Both the position numbers and the translations under genes were made by a program. Of a stretch of 64,000 nucleotides of DNA, positions 23,527 to 33,394 are shown in pieces (within the stretch, counting starts at the first letter, position 1; each line of letters starts with the position of its first letter). A model generated the notes under the pieces. That model was not told where the DNA came from. It did not search any database and saw only the letters and a program-made list of their open reading frames with translations. The DNA comes from Eubacteriales bacterium (GTDB lineage: Bacteria > Bacillota > Clostridia > Oscillospirales > CAG-272): contig JAZOSH010000014.1 of the NCBI GenBank assembly GCA_045656985.1, forward strand, positions 6,326-70,325, written 5' to 3'.

Positions 23527-24810
23527 ATGATAAAGATATTCAAATACGGCGAGGTCTCAAATGACGAGATATTCGCCAGAAGCGAAGCAAAATACGATGT
23601 TGAGGGTGCTGTTGCCGAGATAATAGCAAATGTAAGACAGAATGGCGATGCGGCACTTCGTGAGTATTGTCTCAAATTTGATAAGGTCAGACTTGACGCC
23701 ATTGAGGTAAGCCGTGAGGAGATAGAGGCGGCATATGCCTCTGTTGAGCCTGAATTTATTGATATTCTTGAGAGGGCGGCAAAAAATATACACGCCTTCC
23801 ATAGCCGTCAGGTGAGAAACAGCTTCGTTATAAACGAGACGGACGGAGTAGTTATGGGGCAGAAGATAATTCCCATAGAAAAGGTGGGCCTTTATGTGCC
23901 GGGTGGTACTGCGGCATATCCTTCGTCTGTACTTATGAACTGCATTCCCGCAAAGATAGCGGGCTGTTCCGAGATAGTTATGGTTTCTCCGCCAACCTGT
24001 AACGGCGGTATAAACCCAGTGATCCTCGCAGCGGCAAAAATAGCAGGTGTTGACAGAGTGTTTGCTATTGGTGGCGCGCAGGCTGTTGCTGCACTTGCAT
24101 ACGGTACAGAAAGTGTGCCTAGAGTTGATAAGATCGTAGGACCGGGAAATGCTTTCGTTGCTGAGGCAAAGAAGCAGGTATTTGGCAGAGTGGCGATAGA
24201 TATGATAGCGGGGCCCAGTGAGATACTCGTGCTTGCTGACGGGACTTGTGACCCTGCAGTCATTGCTGCAGACCTTCTTTCGCAGGCGGAGCATGACAAG
24301 CTCGCAAGCGCGGTGCTTGTGACCGATAGCGAAAAGCTTGCAAAGCGCGTATCCAAGGAGCTCGAGAAGCAAATACCCAATCTCCTTCGTGCCGATATTG
24401 CCCGTGCATCAATAGATAATAATGGCAAGATAATCGTTGCTGACACGCTTATGGCGGCTATTGATATTGCAAATGAGATAGCTCCCGAGCATCTTGAGAT
24501 CTGTGTTGACAATCCTTTTGATTACCTTGATAAGATAAAGCATGCAGGCTCGGTATTTCTCGGCAAGAACTGCCCTGAGGCACTTGGCGATTATTTTGCA
24601 GGTCCTAATCATACACTTCCAACAAGCGGTACAGCAAGATTTTCAAGTCCCTTGTCGGTTGACGATTTTATAAAGAAAACGCAGTTCACCTATTTCACCG
24701 AAGAGGCGCTTGGCAAGGTTGCAAGAGATGTTGAGTATTTTGCAACCAAAGAGGGACTTACGGCACACGCAAGAAGCGCTGTTATAAGAGGCGAGGAGAA
24801 AAAGAAGTAA
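23527..24810 (+). CDS. hisD: histidinol dehydrogenase
   Basis: Conserved SQAEHD and GPNHTLPT motifs. ATG 23527 (AAGAGG RBS) preferred over TTG 23497. Confidence 0.95.
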   Translation: MIKIFKYGEVSNDEIFARSEAKYDVEGAVAEIIANVRQNGDAALREYCLKFDKVRLDAIEVSREEIEAAYASVEPEFIDILERAAKNIHAFHSRQVRNSFVINETDGVVMGQKIIPIEKVGLYVPGGTAAYPSSVLMNCIPAKIAGCSEIVMVSPPTCNGGINPVILAAAKIAGVDRVFAIGGAQAVAALAYGTESVPRVDKIVGPGNAFVAEAKKQVFGRVAIDMIAGPSEILVLADGTCDPAVIAADLLSQAEHDKLASAVLVTDSEKLAKRVSKELEKQIPNLLRADIARASIDNNGKIIVADTLMAAIDIANEIAPEHLEICVDNPFDYLDKIKHAGSVFLGKNCPEALGDYFAGPNHTLPTSGTARFSSPLSVDDFIKKTQFTYFTEEALGKVARDVEYFATKEGLTAHARSAVIRGEEKKK

Positions 24811-24811
24811 T

Positions 24812-25870
24812 ATGAGTCGTTTTTTTAACGAAAAATATGCACATCTTGAGGCATACACCCCAGGGGAACAGCCGCGGGATATGAAATATATAAAGCTAAA
24901 TACTAATGAGTCGCCCTTTCCGCCCTCAAAAGCGGTTATAGATGCCATTGATGAGGAGAGTGTAAAGGCGCTTCGTCTCTATCCAGACCCCGAGTGTCGC
25001 GAGCTGAAGGAGGCGATAGCAGAGCTTTACGGGGTGGAAAGAGAAAATGTATTTCTTTCAAACGGCTCTGACGATATTCTGAATTTCACATTTATGTCAT
25101 TTTTTGATAAAAATGGAGTGGTCTTTCCCGAGATAAGCTACGGCTTTTATAAGGTCTATGCCGAGCTTCACGGGATTGATTATAAGACGGTTCCGTTGCG
25201 TGCCGATTTCTCGGTAGCCGCAGAGGACTATATTGATGTCGGAAGAAATGTTGTTATCGCAAATCCGAACGCCCCTACGGGAATGGCCCTCTCACGAGAT
25301 GAGATAGAAAGGATCGTTGTGTCAAATGGCGATTCGCTCGTGCTCATTGACGAGGCATATGTTGATTTCGGTGGTGAGAGTGCGATAGAGCTTACTAAAA
25401 AATATGATAATCTTATTGTCTGCTGTACCTATTCAAAGTCTCGCTCGCTTGCTGGCGCAAGACTTGGCTTTGCTATTGCCAACAAGTCGCTCATTGCAGA
25501 TCTTGAGAAAATAAAATATTCCACAAATCCATATAATATCAACAAACTCACGATGGCGGCAGGCCTTGCTGCTATAAGGGATAATGGCTATTATATGGAT
25601 AATTGCCGCATTATTGAGGCAAACCGAGAGTATGCTACAAGCGAGCTTCGTGCGCTTGGATTTGATGTGCTGCCCTCAAAGGCGAATTTCATATTTGCAA
25701 GGAGCAGTAATATCGGTGGAGAGGATCTTTACCTTGCTCTTAAGGCAGAGGGGATTCTTGTAAGGCATTTCAAGACCGAAAAAATAAAGGATTACAACCG
25801 TATAACTATAGGAACAAAAGATGATATGGAGGCTCTTGTAGGTGCGGTGAAGAAAATTTTGGCGAGGTAA
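24812..25870 (+). CDS. hisC: histidinol-phosphate aminotransferase
   Basis: Class II aminotransferase with the PLP lysine in YSKSRSLAG. Confidence 0.9.
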   Translation: MSRFFNEKYAHLEAYTPGEQPRDMKYIKLNTNESPFPPSKAVIDAIDEESVKALRLYPDPECRELKEAIAELYGVERENVFLSNGSDDILNFTFMSFFDKNGVVFPEISYGFYKVYAELHGIDYKTVPLRADFSVAAEDYIDVGRNVVIANPNAPTGMALSRDEIERIVVSNGDSLVLIDEAYVDFGGESAIELTKKYDNLIVCCTYSKSRSLAGARLGFAIANKSLIADLEKIKYSTNPYNINKLTMAAGLAAIRDNGYYMDNCRIIEANREYATSELRALGFDVLPSKANFIFARSSNIGGEDLYLALKAEGILVRHFKTEKIKDYNRITIGTKDDMEALVGAVKKILAR

Positions 25871-25873
25871 AAA

Positions 25874-26464
25874 ATGAGAGAGGCTGTTATTGAACGCAAG
25901 ACTGCGGAGACAGAAATTTATATAAAACTTAATGTTGACGGTAAGGGAGAAAGCAAGATTGATACAGGCTGTGGCTTCCTTGACCATATGCTCACTCTTT
26001 TCGCAAAGCACGGCCGCTTTGACCTTGATGTCAAGTGTGTGGGCGACATATATGTTGACTATCATCACACTGTTGAGGATGTTGGAATATGCCTTGGCAC
26101 CGCATTCTCTCAGGCGCTTGGCGACTGCCGTGGAATAGTTCGTTACGGAAGCTTCCTTCTTCCCATGGATGAAGCCCTTGTTATGTGTGCCGTTGACTTT
26201 TCGGGAAGATATCATCTCTCCTACGGACTGAATATCCCGAGTCAGGTAGTGGGCAGCTTTGATACCGAGCTTGTTGAGGAGTTTATGCATGCGCTTTCAA
26301 GAAAGGCGGGGCTTTGCATACACCTTCGTCAGCTTGACGGCAGAAATTCGCACCACATAATTGAGGCGGCATTCAAGGCTCTTGCCCGTGCAATGTCGCA
26401 GGCGGTGGCAATCGATGTCCGCTTTGCAGATGAGATTCCCTCTACGAAAGGCGTGCTTGTATGA
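25874..26464 (+). CDS. hisB: imidazoleglycerol-phosphate dehydratase
   Basis: Motifs GFLDHML, DYHHTVED and NSHHIIEAAFKA. Confidence 0.95.
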   Translation: MREAVIERKTAETEIYIKLNVDGKGESKIDTGCGFLDHMLTLFAKHGRFDLDVKCVGDIYVDYHHTVEDVGICLGTAFSQALGDCRGIVRYGSFLLPMDEALVMCAVDFSGRYHLSYGLNIPSQVVGSFDTELVEEFMHALSRKAGLCIHLRQLDGRNSHHIIEAAFKALARAMSQAVAIDVRFADEIPSTKGVLV

Positions 26465-27072
26465 TAGCTGTCGTTGATTATGGAGTTGGAAATCTTTTTT
26501 CGCTTTGCAGTTCGCTCAAATATATCGGTGCGGATATCGTTGTGACATCAAGTGCTGATGACCTTCGCCGTGCCGACAGAATTCTTTTACCCGGCGTTGG
26601 CGCCTTTGCCGATGCATCTGCAAAGCTCAAGGCGACGGGGCTTGATAAGGTGCTCTGCGAGGAGGCGGCAACGGGTAAGACTCTTATGGGCATCTGCCTT
26701 GGTATGCAGATGCTTCTTGAGAAGAGTCTTGAGTTTGGAGAATATGAGGGACTTAGTCTTATTGAGGGGACGGTTAAGCCTATTTTGGATATTGTGCCAA
26801 AAGAATACAAAATACCTCATATAGGCTGGAATTCTTTGAAATTCTGCGGCGAGAAAAATCCTATTTTCAAATATGTGAACGAGGGTGAATGTGTTTATTT
26901 CGTGCATTCGTATTACGGTGCCGATTGTGGCGATGCTGTGATAGCCACTACGGAATACGGTGCTCCGCTTACTGCTGCTGTGGCAAAGGGAAATGTCTTT
27001 GGAATGCAGTTTCATCCCGAAAAAAGCGGAGAGACAGGGCTCAACATTCTTCGCGCATTTTGCGAAATATAA
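26461..27072 (+). CDS. hisH: imidazole glycerol phosphate synthase, glutaminase subunit
   Basis: Class I GATase with GICLGMQ and QFHPEKS. Confidence 0.95.
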   Translation: MIAVVDYGVGNLFSLCSSLKYIGADIVVTSSADDLRRADRILLPGVGAFADASAKLKATGLDKVLCEEAATGKTLMGICLGMQMLLEKSLEFGEYEGLSLIEGTVKPILDIVPKEYKIPHIGWNSLKFCGEKNPIFKYVNEGECVYFVHSYYGADCGDAVIATTEYGAPLTAAVAKGNVFGMQFHPEKSGETGLNILRAFCEI

Positions 27073-27090
27073 GTTTGGAGACACTTTTTT

Positions 27091-27813
27091 ATGAATATTT
27101 TTCCTGCTATTGATATAATCGGTGGAAAGGCTGTAAGGCTCGTTAAGGGCGATTACGCGCAGATGACCGTCTATAATGATTCTCCGCTTGCCGTTGCAAA
27201 GGAGTTTGAGGCAAAGGGTGCTAAATATCTGCACATTGTTGACCTTGAGGGAGCAAAGGACGGAACCACACCGAATATTGATGTTATAGCGCAAATAATA
27301 AGAGAGACCTCGCTTCTTGTTGAGGTCGGGGGCGGCATCAGAAGTGATGAAACGCTCAAAAAATATATTGACATCGGCGTGTGGAGGGCGATCCTCGGCA
27401 CGGCGGCTATCAGCGATCCTGCTTTTCTTGAGAGAGCGCTTGCTCTGTATGGCGACAAAATTGCCGTTGGAGCTGATCTTTCGGGCGGCATGGTTGCGAT
27501 AAAGGGCTGGCTTGAGGTAAGCTCGGTCAGCGGCAGAGAGTTCTTTGATAGAATGCAGAGCCTTGGTGTAAAGGGAATTATCTGCACAGATATTTCAAAG
27601 GACGGACTTCTCGGCGGCACGAATATTGAGCTTTACCGCTCGCTGTCGGAGAGCTTTACTATAGACATCACGGCATCGGGTGGAGTTTCATCGCTTGATG
27701 ACATTAAAAAGCTCAAGGAAATGGGACTTTACGGGGCAATTCTCGGCAAGGCACTTTATACGGGTGCGCTTGAGCTTTCCGAGGCTATTGCTCTTTGTGA
27801 GGAGGAAGAATGA
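27091..27813 (+). CDS. hisA: ProFAR isomerase
   Basis: Motifs FPAIDI.GGK.VRL and VGGGIRS. Confidence 0.95.
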   Translation: MNIFPAIDIIGGKAVRLVKGDYAQMTVYNDSPLAVAKEFEAKGAKYLHIVDLEGAKDGTTPNIDVIAQIIRETSLLVEVGGGIRSDETLKKYIDIGVWRAILGTAAISDPAFLERALALYGDKIAVGADLSGGMVAIKGWLEVSSVSGREFFDRMQSLGVKGIICTDISKDGLLGGTNIELYRSLSESFTIDITASGGVSSLDDIKKLKEMGLYGAILGKALYTGALELSEAIALCEEEE

Positions 27814-28568
27814 TAACAAAAAGAATTATACCCTGCCTTGATGTGAGAGACGGGCGCGTGGTGAAGGGAACTAACTTTGACGGACTTCGCGATGTTTCCT
27901 CTCCTGTTGAGCTTGCCAAATACTATTCGCAGAACGGAGCTGACGAGCTTGTTTTTTACGATATAACTGCGTCATTTGAGGGCCGGGCACTCTTTACGGA
28001 TATTCTCAAGGAGGTTGCCTCACAGATATTCATTCCTCTCACTGTTGGTGGCGGCATAAATACTATTGATGACTTTGACAGAGTGCTCAAGTGCGGTGCT
28101 GATAAGGTAAGCGTAAATTCGGGTGCTATCAGAGAGCCTATGCTTGTTTATGAGGCAGCAAGAAAATACGGTAGTCAGTGCGTGGTGCTATCGGCAGATA
28201 TAAAGCGTGTTGACGGCTGCTTCCGCGTTTTTTCAAAGGGAGGAAGAGAGAATACCGGCATGGAGGCTATTGAGTGGATACGGCGCTGTGTTGATAACGG
28301 CGCGGGTGAGGTAGTAGTCAACAGTATTGATACAGACGGAGTCAAGCATGGCTTTGATATTGAGCTTCTCGGTAAGGTATGTGAGGCGGTGAATGTTCCC
28401 GTTATAGCATCGGGAGGCGCGGGCTGTATTGATGATTTTGTTGAACTCTTTTGCAAAATCCCCGATATTGATGCGGGACTTGCGGCTTCTATCTTCCATT
28501 TTGGTGAGGTTGAAATTTCCGCTCTTAAGCAAGAGCTTCGGGCAAAAAATATAAATGTTAGAATTTAA
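27810..28568 (+). CDS. hisF: imidazole glycerol phosphate synthase, cyclase subunit
   Basis: Motifs IIPCLDV and LTVGGGI. Confidence 0.95.
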   Translation: MITKRIIPCLDVRDGRVVKGTNFDGLRDVSSPVELAKYYSQNGADELVFYDITASFEGRALFTDILKEVASQIFIPLTVGGGINTIDDFDRVLKCGADKVSVNSGAIREPMLVYEAARKYGSQCVVLSADIKRVDGCFRVFSKGGRENTGMEAIEWIRRCVDNGAGEVVVNSIDTDGVKHGFDIELLGKVCEAVNVPVIASGGAGCIDDFVELFCKIPDIDAGLAASIFHFGEVEISALKQELRAKNINVRI

Positions 28569-28578
28569 GAGGTCAGAT

Positions 28579-29229
28579 ATGCTTGATATAAATGAACTGA
28601 AATTTGATGAGAAGGGACTTATCCCTGCTATAGTTGTTGATGCGACCACCAAAAAGGTGCTTACACTTGCCTATATGAACAGAGAGAGCCTTGAGATAAG
28701 CATGAGAGAGGGCACAACCTGCTTCTGGTCGCGCTCGCGCAGTGAGCTTTGGAGAAAGGGAGAGACCTCGGGCAACCGTCAGCATATAGTGTCAATAGTT
28801 GCCGACTGTGACCGCGATGCGCTTACCGTAAGCGTAGTTAAGGATGGTCCTGCTTGCCATACAGGATCCGATTCATGCTTCAATGATACGGTTTTTGAGG
28901 GTGATATTGAGGGAGAGTTCTCTCTTGACTCGCTTATGAAGACCATTGAGGGTAGAAAGATAGAGAAAAAGGAGGGCTCCTATACCACATACCTTTTTGA
29001 AAAGGGAATTGACAAGATTCTCAAGAAGGTCGGAGAGGAGTCAACAGAGGTCATAATTGCAGGTAAGGCAAACGATAAGGCGGAGACTGTGTACGAAATA
29101 AGTGATCTTGTTTACCATGTTATGGTACTTATGATAGAGATGGGTATCTCACTTGAGGATATAAGAAAAGAGCTTGCCTCCCGTCATGTTATAGACCACA
29201 AGGTCAAGCAGGAGAAGATGACTAAATGA
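28579..29229 (+). CDS. hisI: bifunctional PR-AMP cyclohydrolase / PR-ATP pyrophosphatase
   Basis: Cyclohydrolase CHTGSDSCF plus a C-terminal PRA-PH domain. ATG 28579 (AAGAGG RBS) preferred over 28555. Confidence 0.9.
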   Translation: MLDINELKFDEKGLIPAIVVDATTKKVLTLAYMNRESLEISMREGTTCFWSRSRSELWRKGETSGNRQHIVSIVADCDRDALTVSVVKDGPACHTGSDSCFNDTVFEGDIEGEFSLDSLMKTIEGRKIEKKEGSYTTYLFEKGIDKILKKVGEESTEVIIAGKANDKAETVYEISDLVYHVMVLMIEMGISLEDIRKELASRHVIDHKVKQEKMTK

Positions 29230-30035
29230 TACCAAAATTCAATCTCCATACTCATACCACCTATTGTGACGGCAAAAATACCGCAGAGGAGATGGTGCTC
29301 TCTGCAATAGCTCTTGGCTGTGAGGGTATAGGCTTCTCGGGGCATTCATTTATCGGTGAGGATGACTTCTGGACGATGACCCGTGAGGGCACAGAAAAAT
29401 ATATAGCCGAAATAAATGCCCTCAAGAAAAAATACGAGGATAAAATAGAGATACTTCTCGGCATTGAGTATGATATTCAGTCAGAAGTAGACACAACACC
29501 GTATGATTACATCATCGGCTCGGTGCACCGCGTGCCCGTGGGCCAGTTTGATGTTGACCACACAGTGCCGATACTCAAAAAGATGGTAGATCAGTATTTC
29601 GGCGGAGACTTTTACGCACTTTGTGATGTTTATTACCGTGAGCTTTCAAGGGTCGTTGATAAGACAGACTGCGACATCGTCGGTCACTTTGACCTTGTGA
29701 CAAAATTCAATGAGGACGGCTCACTTTTTGATGAGAATGACATGAGATACCGCGATGCGGCATTTGGCTGCCTTGATGTTCTCGTAAAAAAGGATGTCAT
29801 TTTTGAGATAAATACCGGCGCTATTTCAAGAGGCTACCGAAAGGCACCGTATCCTTCAAAAATGATACTCAAAAGAATGGTTGAGCTTGGCTGTAAGATA
29901 ACACTTACTACTGATTGTCACAGTGCAGCCGATATACTTTGCGCCTATGATGAGGCACTTGAGTATGCAAGAGAATGCGGAGTGAGTGAGATGTATTTTC
30001 CAAAGAATAAGGTCTTCATTCCATACAAAATTTAA
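29226..30035 (+). CDS. hisK: histidinol-phosphatase, PHP family
   Basis: N-terminal [12 protein letters not shown] motif. Last gene of the his operon. Confidence 0.8.
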   Translation: MIPKFNLHTHTTYCDGKNTAEEMVLSAIALGCEGIGFSGHSFIGEDDFWTMTREGTEKYIAEINALKKKYEDKIEILLGIEYDIQSEVDTTPYDYIIGSVHRVPVGQFDVDHTVPILKKMVDQYFGGDFYALCDVYYRELSRVVDKTDCDIVGHFDLVTKFNEDGSLFDENDMRYRDAAFGCLDVLVKKDVIFEINTGAISRGYRKAPYPSKMILKRMVELGCKITLTTDCHSAADILCAYDEALEYARECGVSEMYFPKNKVFIPYKI

Positions 30036-30041
30036 GAACTT

Positions 30042-30085
30042 CCGTTTTTGGCAAATCAGGTCAAAAACGGGGGTTCTTTCTTTTT
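30042..30085 (+). terminator. intrinsic terminator of the his operon
   Basis: Stem CCGTTTTTG / CAAAAACGG followed by a T-rich tract. Confidence 0.65.
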
Positions 30086-30151
30086 ATTTTGACTTTGTTG
30101 TCGGTTTGGCGGATATATACATAAAAAAGACAAGATTTTTGTCTAAATTGC

Positions 30152-30169
30152 TGTGACAATAATTTCACA
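30152..30169 (+). promoter_or_regulatory. inverted repeat TGTGA-N8-TCACA just upstream of the hyd-module promoter; candidate regulator site
   Basis: Read directly: TGTGACAATAATTTCACA. The half-sites resemble Rex/CRP-type sites, but the spacer is N8 rather than N6. Confidence 0.35.
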
Positions 30170-30176
30170 AAATTTA

Positions 30177-30205
30177 TGGACAATAAAGGCGAGTTGTAGT
30201 ATAAT
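30177..30205 (+). promoter_or_regulatory. SigA-type promoter (TGGACA-N17-TATAAT) for the hydrogenase regulatory module
   Basis: TGGACA at 30177-30182, 17-nt spacer, TATAAT at 30200-30205. Confidence 0.5.
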
Positions 30206-30271
30206 TAATAAGATAAGATGTATAGCTATGTCTTGTGCTCGAAAATCCGATAAGACTGCGAGGAAAGGTAT

Positions 30272-30628
30272 ATGAAAATAAGGGAAATTGCAGAGCTGCT
30301 TGATGCAAAAGTGCTTTGTGGCGAGGAGCTTATTGAGGGCGAGGTACACTCTGCCTGCGGCTGTGATATGATGAGCGATGTGCTTGCCTTTGTAAAGGAG
30401 CAGGCTGTGCTTATCACGGGCCTTTGTAATCCTCAGGTCGTAAGAACTGCAGAGATGATGGATATGCGCTGTATCGTTTTTGTAAGAGGCAAGATGCCTC
30501 AAAAGGAGGTAATAGCGCTTGCAGAGCAGTGCGGTATAGCAATTCTTGCTACAAGCGAGAGGATGTATGTTGCTTGCGGAAAGCTTTACGAGAAGGGTCT
30601 CTCGGGTGGGAGCGTGCTAGATGAGTGA
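30272..30628 (+). CDS. DRTGG-domain protein, 118 aa
   Basis: Small single-domain protein paralogous to the ORF at 32334. The family call comes from overall pattern and context. Confidence 0.6.
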   Translation: MKIREIAELLDAKVLCGEELIEGEVHSACGCDMMSDVLAFVKEQAVLITGLCNPQVVRTAEMMDMRCIVFVRGKMPQKEVIALAEQCGIAILATSERMYVACGKLYEKGLSGGSVLDE

Positions 30629-31043
30629 GAGTGTAAATTTTCATTTTGAAATAGACGGTGATAACTTTACATCTGCGGGAGAGGCATCTGTTCAGGCAAA
30701 GAAGATGCTTCGTCAGATGGGTTTTTCAGCTGACACCATACGCAGGGTCTCGGTCGCAATGTATGAGGGCGAGATAAATATGGTAATTCACGCAAACGGT
30801 GGAACGGCTGATATCAATGTTTTCTGCGATAAGATAGAGATAATCCTTGAAGATAAGGGACCCGGTATTCCCGATATTGCGCTTGCTATGCAGGAGGGCT
30901 ATTCAACTGCACCTGATAATATCCGTTCACTCGGCTTCGGAGCAGGTATGGGACTTCCCAATATGAAGCGCTACACAGATTCATTTGAAATAGAAACAGA
31001 GGTAGGAGTCGGAACGACTATTAAGATGACCGTAAATGTCTGA
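30621..31043 (+). CDS. RsbW/SpoIIAB-type anti-sigma-like Ser-kinase ATPase (HATPase_c), 140 aa
   Basis: G1/G2 boxes DKGPGIPD and GFGAGMGLPNM. 8-nt overlap with the upstream gene. Confidence 0.7.
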   Translation: MSESVNFHFEIDGDNFTSAGEASVQAKKMLRQMGFSADTIRRVSVAMYEGEINMVIHANGGTADINVFCDKIEIILEDKGPGIPDIALAMQEGYSTAPDNIRSLGFGAGMGLPNMKRYTDSFEIETEVGVGTTIKMTVNV

Positions 31044-31066
31044 TTCTTGCCGGATAAGAGGTGGAT

Positions 31067-32320
31067 ATGGCACAATATCTTCATTCGGTTACACTTGACA
31101 TTTCCAAATGTAAGGGATGTACGAATTGCATAAAGCGCTGTCCTACCGAGGCGATAAGAGTCCGTGACGGACACGCGGTGATAAAAGAAGAAAAATGCAT
31201 AGATTGCGGTGAGTGCATAAGACTTTGTCCGTATAAGGCAAAAAAGGCGATATACGAAAAGCTTGAGGATTTTGATGATTATAAGTTCAAAATAGCTCTG
31301 CCTGCGCCTGCGCTTTACGGTCAGTTTGACGAGGTTGACGAGGTTGACGAGTTGCTTGCGGCACTTCTTGCGTGTGGCTTTGATGCTGTGTTTGAGGTTT
31401 CTCGTGCTGCTGAAATTATTACCGAGTTTACAAGAAGGTATATGCGTCGCGATGACTTACCAAAGCCGATAATAAGCTCTGCATGCCCCGCAATTGTAAG
31501 ACTTATAGGACTTCGTTTTTCCTGTCTTGCAGACAATCTTTTGCCGATAATGCCTCCCATTGAGTATGCCGCAAGGCTTGCAAGACGCGAGGTGCTTGAG
31601 GCTCATCCCGAGCTTTGCGATGATGACATATGCGTGCTTTTTATCACGCCTTGTCCCGCAAAGATAAGCTATATTAAAAATCCTATCGGTGTTGAGAAAT
31701 CTGCCGTAAACGGCGCACTTCCCATCAGCGATATGTATTTCAGAATCCGTTCAAAGCGCAAAGAGATAAAGAATCCCCCCTTGCTTTCAAAGACTGGAAT
31801 TATTGGTCTTAACTGGGCGGGAACAGGCGGCGAGGCTACCTCACTTCTGTCCGATAAATATCTTGCGGCAGACGGAATTGAAAACTGTATAAAGGTGCTT
31901 GATGAGATTGAAAACGGAACCATCCGTGATCTTGATTTTGTTGAGCTGAATGCCTGCAACGGAGGCTGCGTGGGGGGAACTCTCAATGTGGAAAATCCGT
32001 ATATTGCCAAGGCAAGACTTCGTTCACTCCGCAAATTCCTGCCTATCTCAAGAAATAAGGTAGAGGAGAATATCTCTCTTGAAGAGGCAATGACAGAGGT
32101 CAGCTTCTTTGAGGAGAATGTAAGACTTTCTGCGGAGGAAAGAATGCGCGCGATAGAGAGAATGTCACGCACAGAACAGATCTACAAGGAGCTTCCGCAT
32201 CTTGATTGCGGCTCGTGCGGCGCGCCGAACTGCCACGCTCTTGCGGAAGATATAATAAATTGCGACGCTTGTGAGGGTGATTGCCTCATCAGGCTCAGAG
32301 ATGAGCATTATAAGTCGTAA
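31067..32320 (+). CDS. [FeFe]-hydrogenase-like protein, putative sensory type
   Basis: Two CxxCxxCxxxCP ferredoxin motifs. H-cluster-like motifs SSACPA, TPCPAK and ELNACNGGCVGG. C-terminal Cys cluster CGSCGAPNC...CDACEGDC. Confidence 0.8.
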   Translation: MAQYLHSVTLDISKCKGCTNCIKRCPTEAIRVRDGHAVIKEEKCIDCGECIRLCPYKAKKAIYEKLEDFDDYKFKIALPAPALYGQFDEVDEVDELLAALLACGFDAVFEVSRAAEIITEFTRRYMRRDDLPKPIISSACPAIVRLIGLRFSCLADNLLPIMPPIEYAARLARREVLEAHPELCDDDICVLFITPCPAKISYIKNPIGVEKSAVNGALPISDMYFRIRSKRKEIKNPPLLSKTGIIGLNWAGTGGEATSLLSDKYLAADGIENCIKVLDEIENGTIRDLDFVELNACNGGCVGGTLNVENPYIAKARLRSLRKFLPISRNKVEENISLEEAMTEVSFFEENVRLSAEERMRAIERMSRTEQIYKELPHLDCGSCGAPNCHALAEDIINCDACEGDCLIRLRDEHYKS

Positions 32321-32333
32321 AAAGGAGGTAACT

Positions 32334-32660
32334 ATGAAGGTAGGTGAGCTCTGCTCCGCACTTGGAGCAAAGGCAATAGCTATGCCGTCGCCCGAAAGAG
32401 AGATCAAGGGGGCGTATGTAGGAGACCTTCTCAGCTGGGTAATGGGGAGAGCAGACCTTGATAACGCATGGGTGACGATAATGTCAAATGTGAATGTTAT
32501 CGCGGTGGCATCACTTGCCGGTGTCGCCTGTGTTATATTTGCCGAGGGAGTGAGTCCAGATGCAGATGCGCTGAAGCGCGCCGAGCTTGAGGGAATAAAT
32601 CTTCTTTCGGTAGATGGCGCGGCATATGAGACCTGCGTTGCGCTCTCGGAGCTTATATGA
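32334..32660 (+). CDS. DRTGG-domain protein, 108 aa
   Basis: Paralog of 30272-30628. ATG 32334 follows an AAAGGAGG RBS; the track start at 32271 lies inside the upstream gene. Confidence 0.55.
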   Translation: MKVGELCSALGAKAIAMPSPEREIKGAYVGDLLSWVMGRADLDNAWVTIMSNVNVIAVASLAGVACVIFAEGVSPDADALKRAELEGINLLSVDGAAYETCVALSELI

Positions 32661-33394
32661 GCAGATATTATTACGATCTGCACATTCATTCCTGCCTCTC
32701 ACCCTGTGCCGATAATGATATGACGCCAAACAATATAGTGGGAATGGCAACACTTAACGGACTGTCACTGCTTGCACTGACAGACCATAACACATGCCGA
32801 AATTGTCCTGCCTTCTTTGAAGCAGCCAAAAGACAGGGAATAGTGCCTGTTGCAGGAATGGAGCTGACAACTGCTGAGGATATACATCTTGTTTGCCTCT
32901 TCAGTGAGCTTGACGACGCTATGGCGTTTTCAGATGAGATTGCAAGGCATATTATGCAGGTGAAAAATCGCCCCGAGATATTCGGTGACCAGCTTATTCT
33001 TGACGGCGAGGACAATGTTATCGGCGAGGAAGATATCTTGCTTATATCGGCGACCGACCTTTGGGTAAACGATGCGATAGCACTTGCGCGTTCATTCGGC
33101 GCGCATGTAAGACCTGCGCATATAGATAGAGAATCAAACGGAATGATAGCCATACTCGGTGATGTGCCGAGTGAATACGGCTTTAATTTCGTTGAACTCA
33201 ATGATAAGGAAAACAGAAAAGTCTATTTTGAGAATTACCCTTCTCTTGAAGGTAAAGAGGTTATTGTCTCTTCTGATGCTCACCATCTATGGGAGATAAG
33301 CGAGGCGGAGAATTACCTTGAGATAGATGATGAGCCGTATTCCTCGGCACTCGTCAGAAAAAGGCTTTTTGAGCTGCTTGAGGGCAGCATTTAA
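32657..33394 (+). CDS. PHP-domain phosphoesterase
   Basis: YYDLHIHSCLSPCAD and ALTDHNT PHP metal motifs. 4-nt overlap with the upstream gene. Confidence 0.75.
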   Translation: MSRYYYDLHIHSCLSPCADNDMTPNNIVGMATLNGLSLLALTDHNTCRNCPAFFEAAKRQGIVPVAGMELTTAEDIHLVCLFSELDDAMAFSDEIARHIMQVKNRPEIFGDQLILDGEDNVIGEEDILLISATDLWVNDAIALARSFGAHVRPAHIDRESNGMIAILGDVPSEYGFNFVELNDKENRKVYFENYPSLEGKEVIVSSDAHHLWEISEAENYLEIDDEPYSSALVRKRLFELLEGSI

